DNA of 64,000 bases from Callorhinchus milii (taxonomy: Eukaryota), in the NCBI RefSeq assembly GCF_018977255.1, contig NW_024704743.1, positions 19,036,001-19,100,000 of the forward strand. Reading direction: 5' to 3'. The notes under the pieces were generated by a model. The model saw only the letters and a program-made list of their open reading frames with translations. It searched no databases and was not told the origin of the DNA. The translations under genes and the position numbers were made by a program. Shown piece by piece: positions 1-64,000 of this stretch (its first letter is position 1; each line of letters starts with the position of its first letter).

Positions 1-2283
1 ACAATATTTGATAAGTTATTCGAATATCATCATTTAATCAGGGACAAGTTTAAATATCTTAAAGACTTGAAGCCTAGATGTAAATTGAGATATCAATGAC
101 AAAGATTTCCATTTACAGCACCTTTTACGTTGGGAGGATATCTGAAAGGGCTTCACATGCCTGAAGGGGAACGGGGGGTTAGTAGCTGAAGAGGTGTTGG
201 GGCGGAGGGGTGGAGGAGCGTGAATAGAAGACTAATCAATGAAGATTTTAAAGCTGAGGAGGGAGGAGGTGAGACAGAGTAATTCTGGGATGGAGTTCCA
301 GAGAGTATGGGAAGAACTTTTTCAATTGGTTTGCTTGTTTGTGTTATCAAAGCAAAGGGGGCTTGTGTTGTGTTCACCTTTCAATGGTACACCATTAATT
401 TACAGCTTGAGTCCAGCCCCTTTTGTATTGGAACTCAAGGCTGAGATTGGTGACATTTTTGCCACCACAAAGTGCTATTTCATAGGGCACTGAGTTAGGG
501 CCGTTATCTATGACACAATACTGAAATTCCTTGGTTTTAAACAACAATGGTGGTGGGTACAGGCTTCAGGATAAAGTACTGTGTCAAAATTGTGTGTGTG
601 TGTGGGGTGGGGGGTAGGGTGGCGGTGGGAGGGTGGTGGTTACACCTACAACCAGTCAATAATTATTGAGGTAAAAAAGGTAACCTTTCGTAAAAGATTT
701 TTCTGACAGGCAATCGGTCACAACAGCACTGATCCTGAAATTGAGGGTAGAGGCAGAGATAGAGATATGCCTGGGGAGATAGTGGAGAGGAAGGAATGGT
801 CGACAGTGTTGAAGGCGGCAGAGAACTCGAGGAGGATAAGGCGGCAAAGGAAACTGGGGTTGCCGATCAAGAGAACATTGTATACAACAACAAATTACAC
901 TGATATAGAACCTTTGATGTAGGAGGATGTCTCAAAGTACTTTACAAGGGTGTCTGAGATGGGAAACGGGGAGGAGGAATTAGATTGATAGAGTGTATAG
1001 AGTATTGGTCAGACTTCTTTTGAGGTATTGTGTAGTGTTTTGGGTGCCTAACCTTAGGAAAATTATACTAACTTTCAAAATTCAAATACTCAACCCCAGT
1101 ATTGTTATAGGACATTGCTGCTGCAGATCTATTGGCCGTGTTTGTGTAACAAACTCCACTTCATTTCTAATTGATTATGTTTTCTGAAGCACTTTGAGGT
1201 GTCTATTTTGACATACAGGAGCTATATCAATACAAGTTACTATTATTATTACACTGGAAGGCGTCCAGTGATGATTCACTAGATTAATTCCAGGGCGGAA
1301 GGTGCTGAGCTAATAACCTCCCTACCCTTATCCACTCTTGATCTGTATTTACTTCCTATCTAACAACCTACCCTTTTAAACCACACCTATGGCCACCTCT
1401 CCTCCCTTGCTGTGCGTCTGACCCTGTCTTTGTGAAACACTCTAAGAAGCAGTATATATATGATGATGAGAGGTTTTGTAGACTGGGGTTGTATTCCTTA
1501 CGGCAGAGGAGGTTAAGGAAGGATTTGATTGAGTTATGAAATTAAAAAAAGGATTGACAGGTTAGATCAGTGGCATTATGCCACAAATCAAGAAATATCC
1601 ACGGAAAACTGAAAACACACAACTGATCGAACACGGACTTATCTAGACTTGTGCGATTGTTCGAGGGTTGCTTCTTGATGGCCCCGGGGGCCACAGTTTA
1701 GCCTGACTGGAATAGATATTGGAACCACTCTAGCCTTTGGTAGAAGGAACCATTACAAGGGAGCATAATTTTAAATCAGAGTCAAATAATTTAGGACTGA
1801 GGTCAGGAAGCATTCCTTCACACAGCGGGTTGTGAATAAGTGGAATGCCCTACCCCAGAATGCTGTAGCGGCGGAATCAATAGGAATCTTTAAAATAGGG
1901 TTAGTAGAGATATAAAGGCATTTGACCAAAGGGTGGGACAAATATTTTTTCAGCAGTAGGGTGTCTGACACATAAGAAACACATCATCATGCTTAAGAGC
2001 ATCCAAACCATGTATCCCAACCTACACATGGAAATTCCTGTGTAATGGAATGGAATGCGCACTCCCTCAGCAGGGACACATCCTGCTTAACTAATTCCAG
2101 AGAGTATTAGACATAGGTTAGGGACAGGAACTCGCCTACCAAGACCACCACACAAATTTGACTTGATTATGACATTCCGTTGCCAAACGTATCACCTTGG
2201 AACCACTTTATCTTGCCTCCCTCCCTAAAGTGGATAATCACTTGTTGGGATTAAAAGATCTGATAAACAGGTGGAACAAGGTT

Positions 2284-2574
2284 AATAATAATAATAATCC
2301 TTGCGTTTGAGAGAGCGCTTTTTACGTCTTCAAGATGTCTCAAAGCGCTTCCAGACTATAAAGTGAATTGACCGTTTATTTGTGGGCGAAATGCGGCAGC
2401 CAATTGTGCACAGCAGTGTCCCACAAACAGTCGTGGATTGAAGTGACCAATTTACTATTGTTTTTTGGGGGGGATTATTATCAGGCGTGTGGAGTAAGGA
2501 AACTTGGCTAAGGTTTCACCCTGTCGGGAATCGAAGCCAGGTCTCTCGCTTGCAAAGTGAACTACAGGACTCCA
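2284..2574 (-). mobile_element. tRNA-derived DeuSINE, near full length
   Basis: tRNA-like head (small deletion), Deu-domain core CTGTTTGTGGGACACTGCTGTGCACAATTGGCTGCC and (ATT)n tail. Direct repeat CAAGGTTAAT at 2277-2286 and 2573-2582 (TSD). Confidence 0.88.
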
Positions 2575-4007
2575 AGGTTAATGGTGTGAATAGCCCATTT
2601 TCTATCTTCCTATGAATGACAGAAGATTGGGAAAATGAAGACCAAAGCATTGTGAAGATGAATGAATATAAGTATAAAAGAAATCTCCCGGAATAACAAG
2701 GGAACAGATGAACTTGACTTGAAGCACAAATGAGTTTAAAATATTCAGGAAATGCAAGGAGCTAGCGGAGAGCACACATTAACACAGACATGGGAGTCTG
2801 GGTGGCGTATGTTGCCAATGCTCGCACTTCTGAATCAGAAAGTTATGTGTTTAATCTCCACTCAGTAGAATTTAGCTCATGTCAAAGGTTTTAACAAACT
2901 TTTTTGTTAACAGACACACGATAAGGAAGGATTTGATTGAGTTATGAAGTAATAAAAACACACGATAGGTCAGCAGATCTCGTGATGAATAGGCTACATG
3001 GTTCACTTGTCCAAACAAAGAGACTTTATTCATGAGGGTAAAGACTTGTCAGTGAGACCATTAAACCAAGCCAATGTTAGCCTTTTGAGGTTGGATCCAA
3101 GAAAAAGACAAACATAAAGATCCCGTGGCACTTACTGCAAAGAATAGGGTGAAAAACACTTTAATAATTGCCAAGGAAAATCTTTAAATGGCTTGCTTTT
3201 CCTTGCGTTCCAACAAAAATTAAATTAAAATTTTTCAACGCATTCTTAAAAACTGCAGAGAAATTGATCGATTTGACTTTATCAACAGAAATGAATGTTT
3301 CCATTTCAGCTGACAGATCACAAAGCCTGGTCTCCAAACTGATCTGAGACGAGCACACACAACAGTTTTTACTTTTTACTTTCCCTTATTATATTATACC
3401 ATAATATGATAATAACAACGCTTGGATTTATAATATCAATCATTTCACTTGGCCTAGCGCCTTTCACATTGGGAGCATGTCCAAAAGTGCTTCGCAGGAT
3501 TTACTGTGAAGTGGAGTAGCTTTGATATGTAGGCAAACACAGCAGACTAATTGCATACAGCAATGTCCTACAAACAGCAAAAGGAATGACCAATTTTATT
3601 TGGGGGATTGTTGGCCAGGCCTTGGAGAAACATCCTACTCTTTTCAAGTTGTTCCTTGGAATCTTTAACGTCCCACTGAACAGTGCAGACGCAATTGGCT
3701 GCCTTGTTTTGCCCACAACATATACAGAGTCAATTCACTTTACAGTATATTCTGTGAAATACTTTGAGATGTCTCGAATACATGATAAAGCGATGTATCA
3801 AATGCAAGGATTATTATTATATGAGGAGAGGATAGGACTCTTCCCATTGGAGCAGAGAAAGTTGTGGGGTGATAAGGTAAAGGTGTTTAAGATATTGAAA
3901 GGGTTTGAGAGAGTCAATTACGAAAACCTCTTCCAGCTACTAGAGTATTCAAAGACAAGAGGCATGAATTCAAGAATGTGAAGGAAAATGGAAAAATAGC
4001 TAATGAT

Positions 4008-4322
4008 ACAATAATCCTTGCATTTGATATAGCGCTTTTCATGTCTTCTAGACGTCTCAATGTGCTTCACAGAATATACGGTAAAGTGAATTGACGGTAT
4101 ATTTTTGGGCAAAACATGGCAGCCAATTGCATACAGCAGTGTCCCACAAACAGTTGTGAAATGAGTGACCAAATTGCTATTTTATTTATTTATTTTCTTG
4201 AGGGATTATTTATCAGTCATGTGGAGTAAGGAAACTTGCGCATGGTTTCGCCCTGCCTGGAATCGAACCCAGATCTCTCGCTTGCGAGGAGAGTGCTCTA
4301 AGCACTGAGCTATAGGTCTCCA
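4008..4322 (-). mobile_element. tRNA-derived DeuSINE, full length
   Basis: Same head, core and tail; inserted next to another repeat tail that starts at about 4324. Confidence 0.88.
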
Positions 4323-5352
4323 CGATAATCTTTGCATTTAATATAGCACCTTTCACTGATCTGAGTTTCTGTTTGGCATGAAGAGCGCTATGTAAATGCA
4401 AGTTGTTGTTTTTCATGTCTGGAGGATGTCTCAAAATGCTTCACAGGATTTGCTATAAAGTGTCATGGCTATAATTTGCAGGTGAATGTGGCAACCAGCT
4501 GTGTCTCACAACAACCATGAAGTAAAATAGTAATTGATCAATTTTATTAAGGGGATTGTTGGCCAAAACATTGGGAAAAACTTGCTTCACTTTTTGAATA
4601 GTGCCATGGGATCTTTAAGATCCACCTGAACAGGCAGAGATTCAGAAAGGCTTCTTCTCCCAGATTGTTGTCAGTATTAAACAAGTGGTCTGTTGATGGT
4701 TACTCCCGGTCTGTCTCTATCTGAATCAGGAAAGACACTCTCCAGCTCCAGTGAGTTGAAAAGCAGTAATATATACAATAATAATCCCTACATTTGATAG
4801 TGAGCCTTTCACGTCAGTGGGATGTCTCAAAGCGCTTCGCTGGGTTTACTGTGAAATGTAGTAACTGTGTATTTTGTAGGCAGACGCCTATGGACATCAG
4901 TTTACCAGTAATATCGGTAGATAATTTTGTTGTTGTTGTTGTAGTCCTTATCTCCAATTCACCATTGTTTCAGCCATGGTTTTCTTGCTGCATCTGAATC
5001 TTTGTGATGTGCTGTGGTATTTTATTCCTTTTATTGGTATATTTCCTCTTTATACTGACACCAGTGCTTTACCCAACCAGTCACCCTCTGTGTGTGAGCC
5101 GTTCCACTATCGGTGGCTGCGTTTTCAGACACTACACTGCAAAACTCTGGAACACTCTTCCTCTATCCCTCCAGCTTGCCCCCTCCTTCCCCATCTTCAG
5201 GTCATGCCTGAAGACCTTCCTCTTCGACCGTGCCAACGGTCACCGCCCCCTTGCTTGGCGTCATGCTCCGCCACTGTCAACAGCTATATAAAAGCAAGTT
5301 GTTGTTGCCAGTGAATGTGATCAGGGACTTTGACAATTGTAGAGCATTTTTG

Positions 5353-5580
5353 TGGAGTCCTGTAGCTCAGTGGTTAGAGCACTCACCTCGCAAGCGAGAG
5401 ACCTGGGTTTGATTCCCGGCAGGGCAAAACCTTGGGCAAGTTTCCTTACTCCACACGCCTGATAATAATCCCTCAAGAAAACAAACAATAATAAATAAAT
5501 TGGTCACTTCAATCCAGGACTGTTTGTGGGACACTGCTGTGCGCAATTGGCTGCCGCATTTCGCCCACAAATATACAGTG
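5353..5580 (+). mobile_element. tRNA-derived DeuSINE, lacking 3' tail
   Basis: Head GGAGTCCTGTAGCTCAGTGGTTAGAGC...GGTTTGATTCCC carries A and B boxes and a CTCGCAA anticodon-like loop (tRNA-Ala(CGC)-like), followed by the SINE body. Confidence 0.88.
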
Positions 5581-6911
5581 AATTTGTATTAGGATTGTAT
5601 ACAGGATTATTTGTTATTATCATTATTATTTCAATCTAGCTCAAATTTGCCTTGGATCAAAATTTACACCTTTCAGAAGACTGGGAAGAGGGGTCACTAA
5701 ATAGAGATCAGCAGCTGATTTTTTTCCTGCCATTCCTTGATGAAGAAATTTGAAGGCGAATGGTGATGCTGTGATCAGCTGACATAATTTTTTTTTGGCC
5801 AGCCAACCCGACACAGATCAAAAAAGAGCTTACAATGATGACTTCAGGGCCAGGTTATCCTATTATCCACCAGCGAATCAGAGGAAATAAAAGTCATATT
5901 TCAAACTGAAGGGTCGCTACCTTCGTGAGAGGATTGATTGCTACCCATTTTATTTTGGTCAGGGAACAGCGGGGCATCGTGTTAGTCACAGTGATATCGC
6001 ACGCAATTGATAATGGCACAGTATGACAATGTGACAACGATGAATTTTGTCACTAGAAACAAACAATAACATTTCATGAAGATAGCTGACTTAATTTCCT
6101 CCGGTAAAACAACAACAACAACAACAAGTTGCATTTAGATAGGGCCTTTAATGTCAGAAGGAAGCCCCAATGCCCGGGGCAATCAAGGGTTTGCACCCAA
6201 GCTGGGGTTTGGATAGAAGAGGAATGGGGTCCAAGAGAGTTAAAAGTTAGTATGACTCTTTAGTACAAGTCAAATCTTTAAATTTAGTAACTATTTATGA
6301 GAAGCTCTTGTCTTCACCTATAACTTCCTCTTAGACTGTGGCTCGGTGTCAAGCTATGTCACTGGTGAGCACTCTGAGATGTCACCTTGCATGAAGGCGC
6401 TATATAGATGCTAGTTGTTACATTTTCAGAACTGTGTCATATGAGACACAGTTCTGAACCGAGCTCCTGTCTGCTTCACATTGACATTAAAGATCCCACG
6501 GCACTATTCAAAAAGAGCAGGAAGTTTCTCCCAGTGTCTGGGCCAACAATCCCCCTGAGAAGTTGGTTGTTCGTGGAACATTGCTGCGTGCAAATTGGCT
6601 GATGTGTTTTCTTTGTGCTTCGTTTCAATACAGGGATATTATGGACACGTGTGATAAAGGGGTTGCCTTACATTACATGATATGCTTTACCCAGAAATCT
6701 ACCTAAATGTTTACAGTACAATAGAAGGTCACCCAGTCTATCATGTCTCTGCTGGTTCTAGCTGATTCACTGGAGCTGTTTGCTCTAAAACAAGTTTAAA
6801 ATGGAATCTGATCTTCACTACAACCATTCAGATTATTGTTTGGGGCATTTGGTTTTTTGTCATAGAGTTCATTTATTGGCAAAGTTGTCTGTCTTAACTC
6901 TTCATTGTTCT

Positions 6912-7178
6912 TGTGGGCGAAACACAGTAGCCAATTGCAGTGTCCCACAAACAGTCATGGATTGAATGACTAAATTATTATTTTTATTTATTGATTGAAG
7001 GGATTATTATCCCCAGAAAAACGATCTATCAATTGACTAACAACCGGATGCCTACCTACTGCTAGGTAAACAGAGGCTTGTGGAGTAAGGAAACTTGCCA
7101 AAAGTTTTGCCCTGCCCAGGAATCGAATCCAGGTCCTCTCGCTTGAGAGGCAAGTGCTCTAACCAACATGGTACAGAT
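6912..7178 (-). mobile_element. DeuSINE, long-variant subfamily, partial
   Basis: Head and core present, plus the internal CTGCTAGGTAAACAGAGGC segment. Confidence 0.8.
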
Positions 7179-9249
7179 TAGATTTAAAATCAAAAAGGGA
7201 AGATTTTAGATTTTAACATGATTCCAGTAAATCTCTATACTGCACGGTGCAGACTGCCAACATAACCTGAGAGCCTATAATAACCAAACACATTGGCAGG
7301 TGATGTGAAATTATTGCAGTGCCCACTGGGAGACCACGATTCTGTGCCTGTCGATTAACATTCAAGTGGATTGAAGAATGTGAGTACTTATCTGTACAAT
7401 AAGGCACTCAAATTTTATATAAGATAAATTTTAGAATTAAGAAATGCATCCTTTAACATTAATAAATTTAACAAAGGAAACACCCTCTCGCCCCAGATAA
7501 ACATTCTTAAGTTTCACTACCCCTCATCCTGGAGTCACAATTGACTTGGTATCTGATTTCTCAGCAGGATTCATACTCATGGTCATATTTCCCTCCCAAA
7601 CTACAGGTGACTGCATTCATCAATTTTATACATTATGAATTTCAAAGCTTTTATAAATACATTTTACATTTATTTAGTGCCTTTCACATTATTTGAATAT
7701 CTCAAAGCACTAGACAATATTGATTGGGCACCTGAGCTGGTGGTTGGAGCCGAGAACTGGAAGGGAGGGGAAATATAACTGAAAGTGTGGTCAAAGAGAT
7801 ACATTTTGTTGCATGCCTTAAAAGAGGGGAGGGAGTCAGAGGGACTCCAGGATAGAGTCATTTATTTTGCCATTATTCACATTGAAAGTATAAATGACTA
7901 TCGCAAGCACCTCCCAGTGCCTCTGCATATGAAGTTACCTTCATACGATGTACAATGCAGGCAGGAAAAAAAGATACCAATACTAGATCAGACCATTCAA
8001 TATATAAACCGAGGGGAAGAAATCTGTGGCACTGCAATGTTAAGAAATGCTAATGTAAAGGTAGAGCTTGTGCATGTTAACAACAACAGTAGTTAGACTT
8101 CCCAGTATTAGGTACTTGGATTTAAAGGAAGATAGTAAATTAAATTACTTGTGGTCGGATCCTAATCCAGGTGAAGTAAAATGAACATTCAGTGGCAGTT
8201 GTTGAGAGACAGCAAGTTTAAATAACTATATGTGGTTCCTATTTCACAGCATCACATTGAGGAGAAGATTGCTTCTATCCCACTGATGTATGGTAGAGAA
8301 GAGAGTTTCTCCTGGGGTCCTAGCCAACGATCCGCTAGAAAAGATAACAAATTGGTCATTCAGTTTGTGGCTGTTTATAGGACATTGCTGTGTGCAAATT
8401 GGCTGCCATGTTCACCTACAAATACAGTCACTCTGCTTTACAGTGAATCATGTGAGGCACATGGAGATGTTTTCTATGAAGTAGGAAGGATGCAAGGATT
8501 ATTACTCTCGTGCATTAACATCAGTACATAAATAAGACCCAGTAGGAATTTTAATATGTTGCATTTTGTTATTTTTTTACATATTGTCTTTAGACCTCTC
8601 ATGCTTACTATGCTCATTGTCTAATCCCAGTTGTTTTCATGCAACTTAAAAATATTTTGCTGCACTCTTGAAGAGGGTGCAAAGGAGATTTAGGGATGAG
8701 CACTTCAGTTATGTGGAGAGACTAGAGAAGCAGGGAAGGTTAAAGGGAGATTTGATAAAGGTGTTCAAAATAATGATGGATTTGGTAAGAGTAAATAAAG
8801 AGAAACTGTTTCCACTGGCATATGGGTAGGTAACCAGAGGACACAGATTTAATATAATCAGCAAAACAACGCAGCAAGTTGTTACTATGTGGAATACACT
8901 GCCTGAGAGGGTGGTGGAAGCAGATTCAATAATAACTTTCAAAAGGGAATTGGATAGATACTTGAAAAGCAAACATTTGCAAGGCAATGGGGAATAAGTG
9001 GGGGAGGAGGACTGATTGAATAGTTCTTTCAAAGAGCTGGCTTTGGCCCAGTAGGCCGAATGGCCTCCTTCTGTGCTGTAACATTCTATGATTCTGTGAT
9101 TTTATTCTTCTCCCGGATAAATCATTCATCTACAAAATCACTCCACTTTGCAGTGTATCCTGTGAAACGCTTTAAGACGTCCTCCTGACGTCAAAGGTAT
9201 TACATGATGTGTGAGGGTTATTCTTATTTTTATAAAGCAATTTTCCATT

Positions 9250-10013
9250 ATGGGTCGGAGCCTGTCCTCTTTACATGGTTCTCCCAGTGGCTGAATTTTG
9301 CTGCCGTGTGCCGCTGTTAATTAAAATGAGATGCTGCACACATGTGACTGCTGAGCTACAAATTACCCTAAAAGTTTATGCAATCGGTGACAGGTATGTG
9401 ACAAAAATCAACCAGTTGGCGTGCATATGTTCCCGTGCTGCAAGGACCTTGCTATTTTCATACTCTCTTACCCTTGAGATTTCAAATGGCAATTTGACAG
9501 AAGGCGAACATCACAGTCTAATGCGAGCATCTGCGTAAAGAGCACGGACTGGGCATGCTCAGCAGTGTGACCAGCCTCTTTGCCTCGCAAGAGAGATGGA
9601 TTGAACTTTGCACTGGCAAATGTCAGTAAATAAATTGCACATTGAACTTCGCAAGGTTCCCGTGTGCAGGACCCGCTCTCTTTCTCTCGCTCCCTCTCTC
9701 CTCCGCCTTGTCTGCTGACTCGCTGCGTAATGAACTAAGATACTTTGTGGCACTGGGGGTTTGAAAGTGCCCGAAGATTCCGAGCATGGAAAACATTTAT
9801 CCTTCATTTATCAAGTAAGGCACCAGCTCTTCATTGCTGGTTAAACTGGAATGAGAAAGAAGAGGAGAGTGTGAAGGAGACTGATGCGAGCGTGTCTGTG
9901 TGATGGGTTAAGAGTTAAAGCAGTATTGATTATGCAGTGCACAGTGACCACATGCTTTGTTTGGATCCGTGCTGGAAACAGCAGCTGAGGACAAAAACCT
10001 AGCTCTCTGGCTA
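9250..10013 (+). promoter_or_regulatory. Putative internal promoter and 5' UTR of the beta2e transcript
   Basis: Repeat-free, relatively CpG-retaining block directly upstream of an alternative first exon. The TSS cannot be placed from sequence alone. Confidence 0.55.
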
Positions 10014-60456
<50,443 letters not shown>

Positions 60457-62055
60457 CACTTGCCTGCGAGGCACCCCTATTTGTGTTCCTTCATATGTTA
60501 CGCAGTTTTTGTGTAAAGATATTTACCTTGATTACCCTCTCCTTGTCTGTTGCAAATGTGTTACTGTATATTTCAAGAGCTATTTCATACAGTTGTTGCT
60601 TCCACGGCAACAGCATGAGTAAAGGTGAAATAATATTTCATATTTTTCAGTATTGCTAAAACATGGTACAATTGCAGATATCCTGGTGTTGTACTGTGCT
60701 TGAAGCTATTTTTCGGATCGTTGCCAGCTGAACAATATCTGTTACTCTCAAACTACTGTTAATGTTCTTAAGCAACATAGTAAAGGTTTGAACTCTCCTG
60801 TGTATTCAGCAAGGTTAGATCAGCACATAAAGAGTTTACTTCTTTCTCGAAGTTTATGTTCTGCATGCACAACTTTTTTTTAAAAAGAAAAAATCTTGGT
60901 TAAATCCACTCTTGCTCGTACTTGTAGTTGACTGTGTTTGGAAAAATCTGGTCTTGCCTTACACGTCAAAAGGATACTTAAGAAAACACTTTTATATGTA
61001 CTGGTACTATGTACTGTATGTTCAGTATCATTCTGTTTGTATTCATACCAATTGGAAATCATTTACAACAAAAGAATATAGTTTTAACCACTTTTCTTCA
61101 GAGTCCTAATGCTGTATTTTCTCTTTCTAATCATGCTGCCTGCAATTTAGCCAATACTTAGAAATGCTGATAGCGAATGCAACCTTTTTTTAGCTTTTAA
61201 AATTCAGTCTGCAGCACACGCATGCATGTACATTTCATCGATATGAGCGTGAAAAATTCAATATAATATATAGACATATATTGTTCAGGTTTTTGTAACA
61301 TGAATAGTTTTAACTGGCAAGATGGTGACCAATGTTGAAAATTTACTTGATATCAATAGTCTAAGTTATTTACCAAATATTCAATATTTATGTAAGTTCC
61401 ACAATTTTTTGTTTGTTTTAGAAATTGCCTGTTTTTTCTTTTATTTGTAACAAAAAACAATGTTTCCCAATTGCTTTGAATTCTTGCTTAAGAAGCATAC
61501 AAAATATAAGCTGTGCTGGGTACTGTATAAGCACATTTGTGGAATTATTTTCAAACTCAAGATTTGCAAGCATTTGTATATATTTCATAATTGCCTTTGT
61601 AGATATTGACAGTAGATGAACTTGTTGCACTGTTTAATGGAGTGATTTATTTAACTGTACAAATGGTGGCTGTACATGTTAACTTAACATGTAGAAATTT
61701 CATTGCATTAACAGGAACTATGTTCCACTGCTTCTGTTATATAAAAAAGACACACTTACTTTCAATCATTTTGGCTGAAATAGGTTGTTGCTTTGTCTTC
61801 CTGATTTAGCTATTGAGTGCAATTTTTTTGTCATGCCAATCTATTTACTCTCTCAACTATCAGACCGATCATTTTCTCCAAAGAAGCAAAAGTGATATGC
61901 TGTGTGTGTGTGTGTTACAGAGTGCATCAACTGTGGATTTCAGACCATTCACCATTTTCCATTTGATCACTTCTTTAGCTTCCCACATTGATAGTTTTGC
62001 TGCAGAAAGACAGCTTTTGAAGAGAATAGCTTCAATAAAAACATAACAACAACTT
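60457..62055 (+). other. CACNB2: Probable 3' UTR of CACNB2
   Basis: About 1.6 kb of AT-rich sequence with no recognisable repeats between the stop codon and the first canonical AATAAA I found (62034-62039). Pumilio-type TGTATATA at 61575-61582. Confidence 0.65.
62034..62039 (+). terminator. Candidate main polyadenylation signal
   Basis: First AATAAA seen after the stop codon; repeat-derived sequence resumes right after it. Confidence 0.55.
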
Positions 62056-63444
62056 GCATTTATATAATGTCCTTCATGTGGGGTAGTGTATCGGAGAGCT
62101 TATCCTACAGGATAAAGAATTAAACCTGAACACTGTTGTACAGCGGCTTTGGATTTTGGTTTTCAAACACTGAAACTAACCTGTTGCATTAATGGGTATT
62201 TTGTAAGGTAATAGCATCTGCTTTCACTTTATAGTTGAGAAGTGTGCATATTACATAATATTCCAATATTCAAAATCACTTCCAAATTATTAAATGCGGG
62301 CAATTGGTTTCTGAGAGACTCTCTACGTGTATCAAGTATCCTTTAATATGTCAGCTAAGTACTTTGGTCAATCCAGCAATTAATCATTCATAAAAGCTCC
62401 CTTTCATAGCTAAAGGCATAGGTCACAAAACCCACAGCAAACTATTTAGGGAAACTTATTTTATGAAGTTGCTGAGTTCAAGGTTGTTTCAACATACAAA
62501 TCAACTGAATGATCAACTGTCAACTTGAATAATAACAATTTCCCAGTCATTAAATCGTACATAATATATGCACAGCACATGATTTGCAAAATGTGAAAAA
62601 AATGATTTTGTGTGTTCAGTATGAAGGAACTATTTTACAACCACTACTTTCAAAACTATGAAATCATAGATGCTAGGATGGACTGGGCAAAGGCTATCAC
62701 CCACAGCTGTCAAGTCTCAATAGTTATGTTTTCTAAATGCATAGTGTTTATTCCAAATTGTAGCTTTTCTGACATCATCTATGGAGCCTTTACGTAAGGA
62801 TGCTCATGAAGGCGTTTTGGATCAAGTAAAACATTTGTTTGAATGACCGATTGCAGCTGGATAGTTGGTAGCAGTCAGTAAAGAATTCAATAACCACTTA
62901 ACCAGGTATTTTCATGAACATAATATGATCAGCATAACGATCACACAGAAACTCAGGTCATGGACTCCTGTTCTATTTGGGTAGAGCTATTGTTGTGGGA
63001 CTTTTAGTGTCAGTTTAAATTGAAACTGAATTACAGTGTCAGTTTTGATCAGCCGGCCAACAATTCTAATAATGGAAACCTCACGTAGTCTTTGGAGCTA
63101 TTTACAGCAATATCATGTTGTTGTCTAGAATATCCAATCTTATTAATAAAGGATTTCAGAGCACTTTACGAATGCCAACAATTTAAAAATAAAAATCTTA
63201 AAAGTCTACACAAGAAATGAGAGCAGAATTAGTGAAATAGTAATCTTTTATTCTGTTGGTAAGAGTAACAGATTCCTTTATTTTTCTCCTCAGCTCATAC
63301 ATTATGACCTGTTGATATGAGAACAGGCCAAGGAGACATGGCTCTAGGCTTCTACCAATTCCATACTGACATGGCTACGAGGAAGCAGCTGGGGGACAAT
63401 CTACCCTCACATAGAGTAGCCTCACTTCTGCTCCGATTCAGTGG

Positions 63445-63665
63445 GATAATAATAATAATAATAATAATAATCCTTGCATTTGATATAGCGCTTTTCACGT
63501 CGGGAGGACATCCCAAAGCGCTTCACAGAACACACTGTAAAGTGAATTGACTGTATATTTGTGGGCGAACACGGCAGCCAATTTCGCACAGCAATGTCCC
63601 ACAAACAGTCATGGATTGAAAATGACCAATTTATTATTGTTGTTTTTTTGGAGGGATTATTATTA
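63445..63665 (-). mobile_element. DeuSINE 3' two-thirds, low divergence
   Basis: Nearly identical to 14255-14463, with a long (TAA)n tail. Confidence 0.88.
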
Positions 63666-64000
63666 GGGATCAATGGAATGGGGGTTGAACAATATCCTGG
63701 CAAACAACTGCCTTCTACTCTGCTGTGCCACATTATATTGTTTGTTACGCTACATGATAGTAGAGTATCATATATGGCGTATCATATATATCTTAGTATC
63801 ACATTCATGGTTACGCGTTTCACACACAAAATACAGTCAATCCACTTTACCATCTATTGGTGAAGCGTTTTGAGACGTCTCAACGGTGTGATAAGGCACT
63901 ATATCAAATGCAAGGATTATTATTATGATGATGATGCAACAAAATATTACATACCTTTGTCAAAGAAATCACCTGCCAAGCATTGCTGGGGTTGCAGTCA

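Noticed and set aside
1568..1720. Insert within a CR1 fragment ending in TGGCCCCGGGGGCCACAGTTT, resembling a hAT-type MITE end
   Set aside because: No convincing TIR pair or 8-bp TSD could be defined, so it was not called.
1965..2010. CATCATCATGCTTAAGAG shared with about 41639-41657
   Set aside because: Short match within a weakly similar stretch; probably an old dispersed repeat, with too little evidence to classify.
5356..5427. tRNA-Ala(CGC)-like cloverleaf with A and B boxes
   Set aside because: It runs directly into a SINE body and recurs in many diverged copies, so it is a SINE head rather than a tRNA gene.

Overview
Vertebrate genomic DNA, most likely a cartilaginous fish (inferred from the DeuSINE, L2, CR1 and Penelope repeat content). 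The window holds the 3' part of one + strand gene, CACNB2 (voltage-gated Ca2+ channel beta-2 subunit). It runs from the beta2e-type first coding exon (10014) through exons 3-14 (stop at 60456), includes both alternative HOOK exons 7A and 7B, and has a ~1.6 kb 3' UTR. Every exon has GT-AG borders and the phases join into a 611-aa protein (with 7A). The other known first exons (beta2a/b/c/d) were not found and presumably lie upstream. Introns are filled with tRNA-derived DeuSINEs, L2 and CR1 fragments, a Penelope element and small MITEs; most entries in the ORF track are noise or decayed repeat ORFs. Most notable observations: (1) exon 13 reads through into intron 13 to give a beta1a-like (skeletal-muscle CACNB1) C-terminus with its own AATAAA, while the competing exon 14 acceptor is weak and carries QKI/RBFOX motifs; (2) a candidate frame-preserving 9-nt microexon in intron 10; (3) a non-LTR RT fragment unlike the local L2/CR1 copies; (4) locally templated insertions with target-site duplications and fold-back hairpins. 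All family assignments come from recalled motifs, not database searches, and repeat boundaries are approximate.
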